Positions 8,610 through 18,634 of a stretch of DNA of 64,000 bases are shown one piece after another (position 1 is the first letter of the stretch; each line of letters begins with the position of its first letter). The position numbers and the translations under genes were made by a program. The notes beneath the pieces are model-generated. The model was given only the letters and a program-made list of their open reading frames with translations. It was not told where the DNA came from and made no database searches. Source of the DNA: an uncultured Gammaproteobacteria bacterium (GTDB lineage Bacteria; Patescibacteriota; Microgenomatia; Daviesbacterales; UBA10151); contig CAYMRP010000001.1 in assembly GCA_964392925.1 (NCBI GenBank), positions 165,585-229,584 on the forward strand, read 5' to 3'.

Positions 8610-9047
8610 ATGACAAGTGTTGTTGAAGCCAGAGCTGTTATTTTAGACCTCGGCATTGGCAAAGCCGGTTCGTATCTATCCCAGGATGAAGCAAGTGTAA
8701 TGAGAGTCGGTGGAGATATCAGAACTAAGGATCTATCCAGAGTTAGAAGGAAATATAATATCCCTGTTGTAAAGATGGATGCCTTTTTGGAACCATGGGC
8801 TGACCCAAAATCTAAAATCCCAATTCCAAGAGCTTTGCCCTTCAGAGATGCAGTTTTTGACGGTGTTGAAGTAAGGTTTCCTCATGATGAGTTGTTGCAG
8901 GCATTAACGACTAAAGCCTTATGGGCGGATTTAGAAAGGATCGTTAAAGAGGGATCGAGCATCTCAGTCATCTTTGATGTACCGCCTGATGGGTTTAGAC
9001 GATTGAGTATTAAGGGCGCAAATCTTGATATACAAACCAGAAAGTAG
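8610..9047 (+). CDS. hypothetical protein (orphan; own TTGAAA-17-TACAAT promoter)
   Basis: ORF with promoter-like element 8561-8600; no recognisable domain. Confidence 0.4.
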   Translation: MTSVVEARAVILDLGIGKAGSYLSQDEASVMRVGGDIRTKDLSRVRRKYNIPVVKMDAFLEPWADPKSKIPIPRALPFRDAVFDGVEVRFPHDELLQALTTKALWADLERIVKEGSSISVIFDVPPDGFRRLSIKGANLDIQTRK

Positions 9048-9240
9048 GATTTGGGAGACTGCATTAGAAGTTTGCTCACGAGTCCATATTGAAAGACTCA
9101 CGCCTGAAGAGGTTACTAATATTGGAACTCTAAATGCTCAGAGAATTGGCAAAACAATGTTAGCTATCCCCGACCATAAAACATATCGTCTAGAAGCACT
9201 CTCTTAAAAAGTCTTGTATATGTGCTAAAATTAGCTTCAT

Positions 9241-10161
9241 ATGGCAACTGTTAATACTGCTTGGGACCACGTTTCTTCTAACATTTTTAAAACTTATTTA
9301 ATTATGTTCCTTTTCTCTGTTTTCGCTTTCGGAGTGATATATCTATTTGCCGAAATTCTCGGGTTTGGTGACTTAGGATTCATGACAATTTTTGGTTTCT
9401 CCTTAATTTTCATCGGTATTTCCAATTTCATCTCCTGGTTCTTCTCAGATAAAATTGTTCTTTCAATTTCCGGCGCAAAACCCGTCAGCCTAGAATCAAA
9501 TCGTGATCTTTACCGCACAGTCGAAAATCTTTGTATCGCCGCTGGTTTGCCGCTTCCTAAAATCTATATTATGGAAGACACAGCTCCCAACGCTTTTGCA
9601 ACTGGCCGCGATCCAAAGCACGGTGTAATCTGCTTCACAACCGGCATACTTTCTAAACTAAATAAACTGGAACTTGAAGCCGTCACAGCCCACGAACTTT
9701 CGCACATTGGCAACAGAGATACTCTGATGATGAGTGTTGTCTCAGTCCTCGTAGGAACGATTGCTCTTCTAGCTGACTTTTTTATGCGCAGCATGTGGTT
9801 TGGTGGCAACGATCGTGATAACCGCTCTGGATTAATGCTGGCTATGGGAATTATCGCCGCTATCCTTGCACCAATCGTCGCCACGATGATTCAAATGGCA
9901 GTCTCCAGACGCAGAGAATACTTAGCTGATGCCTCAGGCGTACTTTTAACCCGTCACCCTGGAGCCTTAGCTGATGCCCTAAGAAAAATTTCCTCTGACA
10001 AAGAACCTCTAGAAGCCGCTAATCGCGGAACAGCTCACCTATATATCGTAAATCCTCTAAAGGGAAATTCCGCCCTGGAGGGTTTCTCTAGACTATTTTC
10101 GACTCATCCTCCAATAGCTGATCGTATTAAGGCCTTATCTGAAATGGAAGGCAATCGTTAA
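9241..10161 (+). CDS. htpX: zinc metalloprotease HtpX homologue
   Basis: Multi-TM protein with HELSHI (HExxH) motif and typical HtpX layout. Confidence 0.75.
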   Translation: MATVNTAWDHVSSNIFKTYLIMFLFSVFAFGVIYLFAEILGFGDLGFMTIFGFSLIFIGISNFISWFFSDKIVLSISGAKPVSLESNRDLYRTVENLCIAAGLPLPKIYIMEDTAPNAFATGRDPKHGVICFTTGILSKLNKLELEAVTAHELSHIGNRDTLMMSVVSVLVGTIALLADFFMRSMWFGGNDRDNRSGLMLAMGIIAAILAPIVATMIQMAVSRRREYLADASGVLLTRHPGALADALRKISSDKEPLEAANRGTAHLYIVNPLKGNSALEGFSRLFSTHPPIADRIKALSEMEGNR

Positions 10162-10164
10162 TTA

Positions 10165-10728
10165 GTGGATATCCATCTCTTAATAACTCATTCTCTGACA
10201 CTCATTTTTATTGGTTTATTTATCTTTTGGAAACTAACTGATCCTCGCCCCAGAGCCGAACGCCTAAAGCTTTACACTTCAAAAAAAGGTATTCTAATCG
10301 GTCTTTATGGTTTTTCGTTTTTAGTTTTAAATTATCTCTCGGCGTATTATTTTCCAATGGCAGGCTCAGGCTTCGATACCCAAATGGCTTATTTAGGCAT
10401 TATGATCTTTTTAATTGGTACCTCTTTCGCGATCTGGGCCAAGATCACCATGGGTAAGATTTGGGGGATGCCATCAGCCCACGATCATGTCCGTCAGAAT
10501 AAACTAATTAAACACGGACCCTTTAAATATTCCCGCAATCCGATTTATGTTGGGCTAATCATGGCCCTAATCGGTTACGGGTTAGCACTCCAAAGTTATT
10601 TTGCCTTCCTGGCCTTAATACCAATCTTATACTTTCACGAAGCAGCCAAAAAAGAAGAAATATTACTGGAAAAGTTTTTTAAAGAAGAGTTCCTAAAATA
10701 CAAAAAAGAAGTTCCGCGCTTTTTCTAA
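10165..10728 (+). CDS. isoprenylcysteine carboxyl methyltransferase (ICMT/PEMT) family membrane protein
   Basis: KHGPFKYSRNPIYVGLIMALIG motif of ICMT family, multiple TM helices. Confidence 0.65.
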   Translation: MDIHLLITHSLTLIFIGLFIFWKLTDPRPRAERLKLYTSKKGILIGLYGFSFLVLNYLSAYYFPMAGSGFDTQMAYLGIMIFLIGTSFAIWAKITMGKIWGMPSAHDHVRQNKLIKHGPFKYSRNPIYVGLIMALIGYGLALQSYFAFLALIPILYFHEAAKKEEILLEKFFKEEFLKYKKEVPRFF

Positions 10729-10732
10729 AGTT

Positions 10733-11002
10733 CTACTTGTTATTCATTCTAAAGAAAACGATCAAAGATCCAAATAACGCCAGCAAATTTAACATATTAG
10801 TGATAACTGTTCCTTTAAGTAGTCCGCCAATTAAAACCAAGACCACCCCTAACACATAAATCAAAACAAACTGTTTATTAAGTCGGGTATCTTTTTTCTT
10901 AACTTCCACCGCCTGAATTAACCAGGATGCGCCGATAAATAATAACCCGAGCTCAGTAAATCCAATCATCATTAACTCACTGTACCACCACCTTAACAAC
11001 AA
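10733..11002 (-). CDS. small hydrophobic membrane protein, hypothetical
   Basis: 89-aa ORF with 3 predicted TM helices. Confidence 0.35.
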   Translation of the reverse strand: MLLRWWYSELMMIGFTELGLLFIGASWLIQAVEVKKKDTRLNKQFVLIYVLGVVLVLIGGLLKGTVITNMLNLLALFGSLIVFFRMNNK

Positions 11003-11027
11003 GTGTCAAGTATGTTATATTCCGCAA

Positions 11028-11285
11028 ATGTTAGAGAAATTTAGAGGCTCAGTTGTTCGGGTTGTAAATAATGCACTTGAAAGAATGGTAAATAGTGTTC
11101 CTGCAGGTCATTCACAACAAGAAGTTGATGATTTTACGAGGGGTATAATCTCGCTCCCAGAAGCATATAAACGGGTCACAGTTTTAGAGCAAAGATTAAG
11201 TCGTGAGCCTGGAAGCCTGAGAGCAAGGTTTGACACAGCCGTGAAACGTGCTGCAGAAGAGATGGTTAGGCCCTCCCGTTTTTAA
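11028..11285 (+). CDS. hypothetical protein (orphan)
   Basis: 85-aa ORF upstream of gatC, no recognisable domain. Confidence 0.3.
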   Translation: MLEKFRGSVVRVVNNALERMVNSVPAGHSQQEVDDFTRGIISLPEAYKRVTVLEQRLSREPGSLRARFDTAVKRAAEEMVRPSRF

Positions 11286-11328
11286 CGAATCACTTAACAG
11301 AAGCTTCTGTTAAATGTATAATCCACCC

Positions 11329-11625
11329 ATGCGTTTAGATATTGCTCAAGTCCAAAAAGTCGCTAAACTAGCCAGTCTTCCTTTATCCAAAGAAGAGGAA
11401 GAAAAATTCTCTAAAGAGTTAAGCGAGACTTTGGATTATGTTAATCAATTAGAACAAGTTGATACCACCGGCATAGAAACTACCAGTCAAGTCACCGGAC
11501 TAGAGAATATAACCCGCGAAGATGTCATCGGAGAATCTTTATCCCAAGCCGAAGCCCTAAAGAACGCTCCCTCAACTTATAAAGGCTTTATGAAAGTTAA
11601 AGCTGTTTTAGGAGGAGTCGAATAA
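11329..11625 (+). CDS. gatC: Asp/Glu-tRNA amidotransferase subunit C
   Basis: MRLDIAQVQKVAKLASLPLSKEE... GatC-like; immediately precedes gatA (stop/start overlap). Confidence 0.75.
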   Translation: MRLDIAQVQKVAKLASLPLSKEEEEKFSKELSETLDYVNQLEQVDTTGIETTSQVTGLENITREDVIGESLSQAEALKNAPSTYKGFMKVKAVLGGVE

Positions 11626-13034
11626 TGGATTTAACCAATTTAACAATAACTTCGGCTAAAAAAGGTTTAAAAGAAAAAAAGTTTTCTTCGCTTGAATTAA
11701 CAGAAGCTTATTTAAAAAGAATTGCCGAAGTTGATGAAAAAGTTAATGCTTTTGTCACAGTTTCAAAAGACGAAGCTCTTAAAAACGCTAAAGCCGCCGA
11801 TGAGTTAATTTCTAAAGGCGAAGATTTGCCTCTACTCGGAATCCCTTTAAGTATTAAAGATAACTTTAATACCAAAGGCATAACTACTACCGCTTCCAGT
11901 AATGTTCTCAAAAATTTTGTCCCTCCTTACGATGCCACAGTCGTTAAAAAGCTCAAAGAAGCCGGAATGGTTCTTTTAGGAAAAACTAATTTAGATGCTT
12001 TTGCTCATGGCTCCTCAACTGAGACTTCAGATTTTGGTGCCAGCCGCAACCCCTGGAATACTGCTCATTTACCGGGAGGCTCTTCTGGAGGAGCGGCCGC
12101 CAGTATGGCAGCTGGTGAAACCTTAGTTGCTATTGGCTCAGAAACTGCCGGCTCTATCCGCCAGCCTGCAGCCTGGTGTGGAGTTGTCGGCCTTAAACCA
12201 ACATATGGAAGAGTTTCCCGTTACGGAGTTATTGCGATGGCCTCATCTCTTGATTGCCCAGGTCCGATAACCTCAACAGTGGAAGATAGTGCTTTAATTC
12301 TCCAGATTCTGGCTGGCCAAGATCCAAAAGATGCCACCACTTCACCAAAACAAGTACCAAATTATCTGGCAAATATTGATAAAGATCTCTCAGGTCTAAC
12401 TGTTGGAATTTCAGATGAATATTTTATCGAAGGCATCGACCCCGAAGTTGAAAAATCAGTTAAAGATGCAGTAAAAGTTTTTGAACAAATGGGTGCTAAA
12501 GTCAAAACAATTAAATTATTTGATCCCTCGCACTCAGTAGCCGTCTATACAATTCTCCAAAGATCCGAAGTCTCCTCAAACCTGGCCCGTTATGATGGCA
12601 TCCGTTACGGTAATACCCGCGATAACTTTGGCTCAGAAGCCAAACGCAGAATAATGCTTGGAACTTATGCGCTTTCTGCAGGTTATTATGATCAGTTTTA
12701 CAATAAAGCCCAAAGAGTTAGAACTTTGATTATTAATGATTTTAACGAAGCGTTTAAGCAAGTTGATTTAATTCTGGCTCCAACCTCGCCCTCACTAGCT
12801 ATGAAAATCGGTGCTTCTTCCTCAAGTCCTATGTTCGGAGAGCTGGCCGATATGTTAGTCGAACCTTCATCCATCGCCGGCCTTCCTGGTATTAGTGTTC
12901 CCGTTGGTCTCTCAAAATCCGGCCTGCCAATCGGCATGCAAATTATCGGTCCTCAATTCTCAGAAGAACTAATCATCAACGCCGCTCACAAATTCGAAAT
13001 GGAAATTTCATTTAAAGAAAGGCCAAAACTATGA
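11625..13034 (+). CDS. gatA: Asp/Glu-tRNA amidotransferase subunit A (amidase)
   Basis: Amidase signature GGSSGGAAA, length 469 aa, operon context. Confidence 0.9.
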   Translation: MDLTNLTITSAKKGLKEKKFSSLELTEAYLKRIAEVDEKVNAFVTVSKDEALKNAKAADELISKGEDLPLLGIPLSIKDNFNTKGITTTASSNVLKNFVPPYDATVVKKLKEAGMVLLGKTNLDAFAHGSSTETSDFGASRNPWNTAHLPGGSSGGAAASMAAGETLVAIGSETAGSIRQPAAWCGVVGLKPTYGRVSRYGVIAMASSLDCPGPITSTVEDSALILQILAGQDPKDATTSPKQVPNYLANIDKDLSGLTVGISDEYFIEGIDPEVEKSVKDAVKVFEQMGAKVKTIKLFDPSHSVAVYTILQRSEVSSNLARYDGIRYGNTRDNFGSEAKRRIMLGTYALSAGYYDQFYNKAQRVRTLIINDFNEAFKQVDLILAPTSPSLAMKIGASSSSPMFGELADMLVEPSSIAGLPGISVPVGLSKSGLPIGMQIIGPQFSEELIINAAHKFEMEISFKERPKL

Positions 13035-13579
13035 GCGAACGCAGTGGTTGGTTAAAGCGTATTCACACATTAATCAACAGAAAACCTGAAGCTCCTATGA
13101 GCCTAGAGGATCGTATTGGTGGAAGTTTTTTTGGCTGGGGTCAAATTGCTCAATTTGAGATGATAACTGGAGCACAATGGATCGATCTGGTGGGTCCTAA
13201 ATTTAATAGGGATATTGATCTGTCTGGAACCTTAGATCCTGGCGTTCAAAAGCGGATTGGTCTGGTCCTTGTGTCGAATGCTCTAGATCACATAAACGGC
13301 AAACCCAGCATTGCTGAGCCACAAGTATTAGATGATGGAAGAGTTGTTGCCTATCACAGATATGTACTAAGAGGCGGCCGATTCACCGAGGGTTATTATG
13401 CAATCGACCCTAAAAGCCCTGAAACCGAAGACAATTTAGGTGAGATAGGCTCAGCGAAAAAATTTACTGAGCATCTATTCCATGCTGATGAGACATCAGT
13501 GGGTGCGGGTCGAATAATTAGTAATATGCTGGATGTAATGGTAAACGTCTATAAACAAGGAACACCTGATGAAAAATAA
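13031..13579 (+). CDS. hypothetical protein embedded between gatA and gatB (translationally coupled at both ends)
   Basis: ATGA start/stop overlap with gatA at 13031-13034; its stop overlaps gatB start (13569-13579); no recognisable domain; G+C visibly higher than gatA/gatB. Confidence 0.55.
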   Translation: MSERSGWLKRIHTLINRKPEAPMSLEDRIGGSFFGWGQIAQFEMITGAQWIDLVGPKFNRDIDLSGTLDPGVQKRIGLVLVSNALDHINGKPSIAEPQVLDDGRVVAYHRYVLRGGRFTEGYYAIDPKSPETEDNLGEIGSAKKFTEHLFHADETSVGAGRIISNMLDVMVNVYKQGTPDEK

Positions 13580-14894
13580 ATACACTCCTGTCATCGGACT
13601 AGAAGTCCATGTTGAACTTAAAACAAATTCAAAAATGTTCTGCTCATGCAATGCCGATTATTTTGGCAAAGAGCCAAACACTCATACCTGTCCAGTTTGT
13701 CTAGGTCTTCCTGGAGCTTTGCCGGTTCCTAACAAAAAAGCCATTGAATGGTGCGTGCTTATCGGGATGGCCTTAAACTGCACTATTCCTAAAAAAAGTA
13801 AATTCGATCGGAAAAATTATTTTTATCCTGATTTACCAAAAGGTTATCAGATCTCCCAATACGACCAGCCATTCTGTGAAAAAGGCTGGATTGAGCTCTC
13901 AACTGGTAAAAAAATCGGTATTACCCGCGTTCATATGGAAGAAGACACTGCCAAATTAACTCACGCCGAAGTCGAGGGTGAAAATGTTTCATTGGTCGAT
14001 TTTAATCGCGGCGGAGTTCCTTTAGTAGAAATAGTCACAGATCCGGATTTTGAAACCGCCGAAGAAGTCATCGAGTACTTAAAAAAGCTCCAGCAAATTG
14101 TTAGATACTTAAATGTTTCAAACGCCGATATGGAAAAAGGCGATATGCGGCTTGAACCAAATATTTCTTTAAGAAAAGAAGGCCAAACTGATCTGCCTAA
14201 TTATAAAGTCGAAGTAAAGAATATTAACTCCTTCAGATTCGTCGGCAAAGCAATAGAGTTTGAAATTAAACGCCAATCAGAAATCTTAGATAAAGGTGAA
14301 ACCCCAAAACAGGAAACCCGCGGCTTTAATGAGCCGGGCAATAACACCGTTTCCCAAAGAAGCAAAGAAGAAGCTCAGGATTATAGATACTTCCCCGATC
14401 CTGATATTCCGCCAATAGTTTGGGACGACGCTGAGCTTGAGATATTAAAAAAAGTTCTCCCTGAACTTCCAGATACTAAAGTTGCCCGCTACGTTAAAGA
14501 TTATGAAATCTCAAAACAAATTGCCCAAACTTTGGTCGCAGACCAACTAGTTGCCGAACTTTTCGACGGAGCTGCAAAGCTTGGTAAAGAGGAGTCTGTT
14601 GAAGTCAGAGATATAGCAAACTACATAGCCAATCAAAAACCTGATCCTCTCAAAATTACTCCGGATCAAATAATTGAAGCAATCAAAGATAAAAAGTCAG
14701 GCAAAATTGAAGACGAATCTGAACTAACGAAATATGCCGAAGAAGTTATAAAAGAGAATGAAACCTCAGTTGCCGCTTTCAAATCCGGCAAAGAGAATGC
14801 CCTGCAAGCGTTAATCGGCGGCATGATGCGCAAAACCCAAGGCAAAGCCGATGCCGGTAAATCTCTGGAAGTCCTTAAAAAACTCCTTAGCTAA
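13569..14894 (+). CDS. gatB: Asp/Glu-tRNA amidotransferase subunit B
   Basis: N-terminal IGLEVHVEL...MFCSC motif, length 441 aa. Confidence 0.9.
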   Translation: MKNKYTPVIGLEVHVELKTNSKMFCSCNADYFGKEPNTHTCPVCLGLPGALPVPNKKAIEWCVLIGMALNCTIPKKSKFDRKNYFYPDLPKGYQISQYDQPFCEKGWIELSTGKKIGITRVHMEEDTAKLTHAEVEGENVSLVDFNRGGVPLVEIVTDPDFETAEEVIEYLKKLQQIVRYLNVSNADMEKGDMRLEPNISLRKEGQTDLPNYKVEVKNINSFRFVGKAIEFEIKRQSEILDKGETPKQETRGFNEPGNNTVSQRSKEEAQDYRYFPDPDIPPIVWDDAELEILKKVLPELPDTKVARYVKDYEISKQIAQTLVADQLVAELFDGAAKLGKEESVEVRDIANYIANQKPDPLKITPDQIIEAIKDKKSGKIEDESELTKYAEEVIKENETSVAAFKSGKENALQALIGGMMRKTQGKADAGKSLEVLKKLLS

Positions 14895-14989
14895 TTTCCC
14901 ACTTGAAATCCCTATCTCAAATGCTGTTAAAATGATTATCTAAAATTGTCGCGCGGATGAATATTGTTCCCGCAAGAAATTTTTAAGTT

Positions 14990-17900
14990 ATGTCCAAATT
15001 CGTTCATCTTCATACCCATACTGAATATTCTCTTCTTGATGGACTGTCAAAAATCCCTAAGTTAGTTAAAGCTGCCAAAGATTTAGAAATGGATGCTCTC
15101 GCCATTACCGATCACGGCTCGATGTTCGGCGCAATCGAATTCTATAAAGCCTGTCAGGAATCCAATATAAAACCTATTATCGGCTGCGAGCTTTACGTCG
15201 CTCCTCGTTCCCACACCAGCAAAGAAGGCAAAGTCGATGCTGATCCTTATCATTTAACCATGCTAGCTAAAGACTACGAGGGTTATCTTAATCTAATTAA
15301 ATTAGTCTCGATTGCTAATCTTGATGGTTTCTATTACAAACCCCGTGTTGATAGGGAATTACTAAAAAAATACAGTAAAGGTTTAATTTGTTTGTCCGGC
15401 TGTCCCGGAGGGGAGTTTATTAGAAACCTAAAAACCGGGGACTTTAGCAAAGGCGAGCAAGTGGCCAAAGATTATCTGGAAATATTCGGTGAAGGCAATT
15501 ATTACTTCGAACTCCAAAATCACTTCTACAAAGATATCGTCGCCCGTGGTGGATTAGAGCAATCTGTTAAAGCAGATTTAGAAAACATGGCCCAAATTCA
15601 GGATTTAACCTGGGCCGCTTCCAAAGAAATATCCAAAAAACTTGGTATTCCGCTTGTTGCCACCAACGATCTTCACTACATCAAAAAAGAAGATGCAGAA
15701 GCCCAGGATTGCTTAGTTTGTATTCAAACTGGCAAAACAATTATGGAATTTAATCGTTTAAGAATGGTTGATACCCCAGATCTCTACTTGAAATCAGCTT
15801 CGGAAATGATCGCTTCGTTTAAAGAAATCCCTGAAGCGATTGAAGCCTCCGTTAAGATTGCTGAAAAAGTAAATATCGAAATTCCTTTAGGCATTCCGAT
15901 GTTTCCCATTTTTGAAGTCCCAGGCAAAAAAGATCCGATGGAATATTTAAAAGAGCTGACTTACGAAAGAGGCGCGACCAGAATGGAAATGACTACTGAA
16001 CGCAAAGAACGCTTAGATTATGAGCTCTCCGTTATTGAGAAAAAACAATACGGCACGTATTTTCTGGTAGTCCAGGATTTCATCAATTGGGCGCACACTC
16101 AGGGCATTATTACTAATACCAGAGGTTCAGCCGCCGGCTCGCTCGTTCTTTACGCGCTCGGCGTTACCAATATCGATTCAATTCAGTACAACATTCCTTT
16201 TGAAAGATTCTTAAATCCTATGCGCCCCAGTTTACCGGATATTGACTCAGATATGGCAGACGACCGCCGTGATGAGGTTATCCGTTATGTTGCCGAAAAA
16301 TACGGCCAGGATAAAGTCGCTCATATTGTTACTTTTGGAACTATGATGGGTCGGGCTGCAATCCGTGATATTGGCCGGGTTATGGGTGTAGCTTATGGTG
16401 AGGTAGATAGAATCGCTAAACTTGTCCCGCCGCCGCATCAAGGCTTCCATAAGCCTTTACCCGACGCTATTAAAGAAGTTCCTGAACTCGCTGAATTATA
16501 TAGAACCGATGCCCGTTATAAAAAACTGCTTGATCTAGCCTGCAAGGTTGAATCAACAGTTCGCCACGCTTCAGTCCACGCCGCCGGTATTGTTGTTTCG
16601 CCAACCCCTCTGACAGATTTTACTCCGCTCCAAAAAGAGGCTAACGGTGACAGGGTAGTGGCTCAATATGATATGTTCTCCGTTGAAGCTGCCGGCCTGG
16701 TCAAACTCGACTTCTTAGGTATTAGAAATCTTTCAATTCTAGGCCGCGCTGTCGAATTCGTTAAGAAAAACCGTAATATCGAAGTTGACTTAGACAACAT
16801 TCCTCTCGATGACAAAAAAGCCTTTGAATTATTAGCTCTCGGCGAAACCATGGGATTATTCCAACTCGAAGGCTCAGGTATGACTAAATGGCTGGTTGAT
16901 CTAAAGCCCACCACAATTTATGACATCATGGCTATGATTGCTTTATACCGTCCTGGTCCAATGGGCTCAATTCCTGATTATATTCAAAGAAAACACGATC
17001 CTTCCAAAATCCGCTATTACGATCCCCGAATGGAAGATTACATGAAGCAATCCTTAGGAATTTTGGTTTATCAGGAAGATGTTTTGCTCTCAGCTATTAA
17101 TCTTGCCGGTTACACCTGGCTAGAAGCTGATAAATTCCGCAAAGCCATGGGTAAAAAAATTCCTGCCGAAATGGCCAAACAAAAAGATCAATTCCTTAAA
17201 GGGGCAGTCGAACACGGCATGACCAAAGAAAAAGCCGATGGTCTTTGGGCCCTAATCGAACCATTCGCTGCTTACGGTTTCCCTAAAGCCCACGCCGCCT
17301 CTTACGGCATGATCTCCTACCAAACTGCCTATATGAAAGCTAATTTTCCAGTTGAATTTATGGCTGCAGTTATGACCGCTGAGTATGGTAATACTGAAAA
17401 AATTGCTCACGCTATAGAAGAATGCAAAAGAATGGGCATTGTCGTTTTACCTCCGGATATCAATTTCTCAGGAGTTGGTTTTACAATTGAGGACTTAAAT
17501 ACTTTATCTGAAGAAGAATTAAAAAGAAATATTTCCCATTCAAAATCAGAGATAGCACAGACTCAGGGCATTAGATTCGGTTTATCTGCCATTAAAAACG
17601 TTGGTTTACTGGCTATTGAATCACTTATAGCCGGCCGCGGAGATAGGCCTTATAAATCACTAGCTGATCTTTGTTCGCGAGTAGATACTCGCTTAGCTAA
17701 TCGCAAAACCATGGAGAGTCTAACTAAAGCCGGAGCTATGGATTCATTTGGTACCAGGGCTTCGTTACTCGCCGGCCTTGATGATGCGTTGGGTAAAGCT
17801 CATAAAACTGCTAAGTTAATAGCCTCCGGACAAGTCTCAATGTTTGGAGATGATGAAGAAGCCACAGTTATCTCCAGCAAACTGCCGGATTTAGTTGAAC

Positions 17901-18631
17901 TTGAGCTGGATAAACTGCTTTTATTTGAAAAAGAACTTTTAGGTTTTTATCTTCACGAGCCTCCTTACTTAGAAAAACTTAAACAAATGGAAACTGCGCT
18001 TAAAATGCGGATTAGCGAAATCAAAGATCAATCTGTCGGAGGGCGGATTACTTTTGGTGGTGTTATTACCGAAATAAAAAAAGTTTTAACTAAGAAAAAC
18101 GCCTCTGAAATGGCCTTTGTGACTATATCTGATGGAATATCCAGCATCGATACTGTAGTTTTCCCTAAAACATACACCTTGAATAAGCACATTCTCAATA
18201 AAGAGGAAGTCGTTGTTGTTGGTGGAAAGCTCGATAAAAGAGAAGATGAATTCTCAGTCCTGGTTGATACATTTGAGATTTTTAATCCGGATGAATTCTT
18301 TGTTCTTGATATTGATGATTCCGGAAACCGGCCTGGCATGATAGAAGACAGAAATAGGCAGGAATCCTATGCTCCGCTTAATGAAACTCCGTCCGTCAAC
18401 TTTGAGACGAGCCAAACCCCAGGTGTCGAGATTAAAATTCCTCAAAATGCCGGCGGCGATCTCCTTAAACAACTAAACGCCGAACTTAAAAAATACCCCG
18501 GCCAAACCTCGATCTCCTTATTATTACCCTCAAACAAACGCCTAAACCTCCCTTTCACAATAGATCCGGCCGGCGAACTCTTGAATAGCCTGGAGACTCT
18601 CCTTGGCCCAAATGCAGTTAAAATAAACTAG
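14990..18631 (+). CDS. dnaE: DNA polymerase III alpha subunit
   Basis: PHP domain HLHTHTEYSLLDG, polymerase core and OB-fold regions; 1213 aa. Confidence 0.9.
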   Translation: MSKFVHLHTHTEYSLLDGLSKIPKLVKAAKDLEMDALAITDHGSMFGAIEFYKACQESNIKPIIGCELYVAPRSHTSKEGKVDADPYHLTMLAKDYEGYLNLIKLVSIANLDGFYYKPRVDRELLKKYSKGLICLSGCPGGEFIRNLKTGDFSKGEQVAKDYLEIFGEGNYYFELQNHFYKDIVARGGLEQSVKADLENMAQIQDLTWAASKEISKKLGIPLVATNDLHYIKKEDAEAQDCLVCIQTGKTIMEFNRLRMVDTPDLYLKSASEMIASFKEIPEAIEASVKIAEKVNIEIPLGIPMFPIFEVPGKKDPMEYLKELTYERGATRMEMTTERKERLDYELSVIEKKQYGTYFLVVQDFINWAHTQGIITNTRGSAAGSLVLYALGVTNIDSIQYNIPFERFLNPMRPSLPDIDSDMADDRRDEVIRYVAEKYGQDKVAHIVTFGTMMGRAAIRDIGRVMGVAYGEVDRIAKLVPPPHQGFHKPLPDAIKEVPELAELYRTDARYKKLLDLACKVESTVRHASVHAAGIVVSPTPLTDFTPLQKEANGDRVVAQYDMFSVEAAGLVKLDFLGIRNLSILGRAVEFVKKNRNIEVDLDNIPLDDKKAFELLALGETMGLFQLEGSGMTKWLVDLKPTTIYDIMAMIALYRPGPMGSIPDYIQRKHDPSKIRYYDPRMEDYMKQSLGILVYQEDVLLSAINLAGYTWLEADKFRKAMGKKIPAEMAKQKDQFLKGAVEHGMTKEKADGLWALIEPFAAYGFPKAHAASYGMISYQTAYMKANFPVEFMAAVMTAEYGNTEKIAHAIEECKRMGIVVLPPDINFSGVGFTIEDLNTLSEEELKRNISHSKSEIAQTQGIRFGLSAIKNVGLLAIESLIAGRGDRPYKSLADLCSRVDTRLANRKTMESLTKAGAMDSFGTRASLLAGLDDALGKAHKTAKLIASGQVSMFGDDEEATVISSKLPDLVELELDKLLLFEKELLGFYLHEPPYLEKLKQMETALKMRISEIKDQSVGGRITFGGVITEIKKVLTKKNASEMAFVTISDGISSIDTVVFPKTYTLNKHILNKEEVVVVGGKLDKREDEFSVLVDTFEIFNPDEFFVLDIDDSGNRPGMIEDRNRQESYAPLNETPSVNFETSQTPGVEIKIPQNAGGDLLKQLNAELKKYPGQTSISLLLPSNKRLNLPFTIDPAGELLNSLETLLGPNAVKIN

Positions 18632-18634
18632 TAT

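Noticed and set aside
9025-9207. 60-aa ORF between ORF 8610-9047 and htpX
   Set aside because: It overlaps the previous ORF end, has no start context, and sits in the htpX promoter region, so it is probably non-coding.
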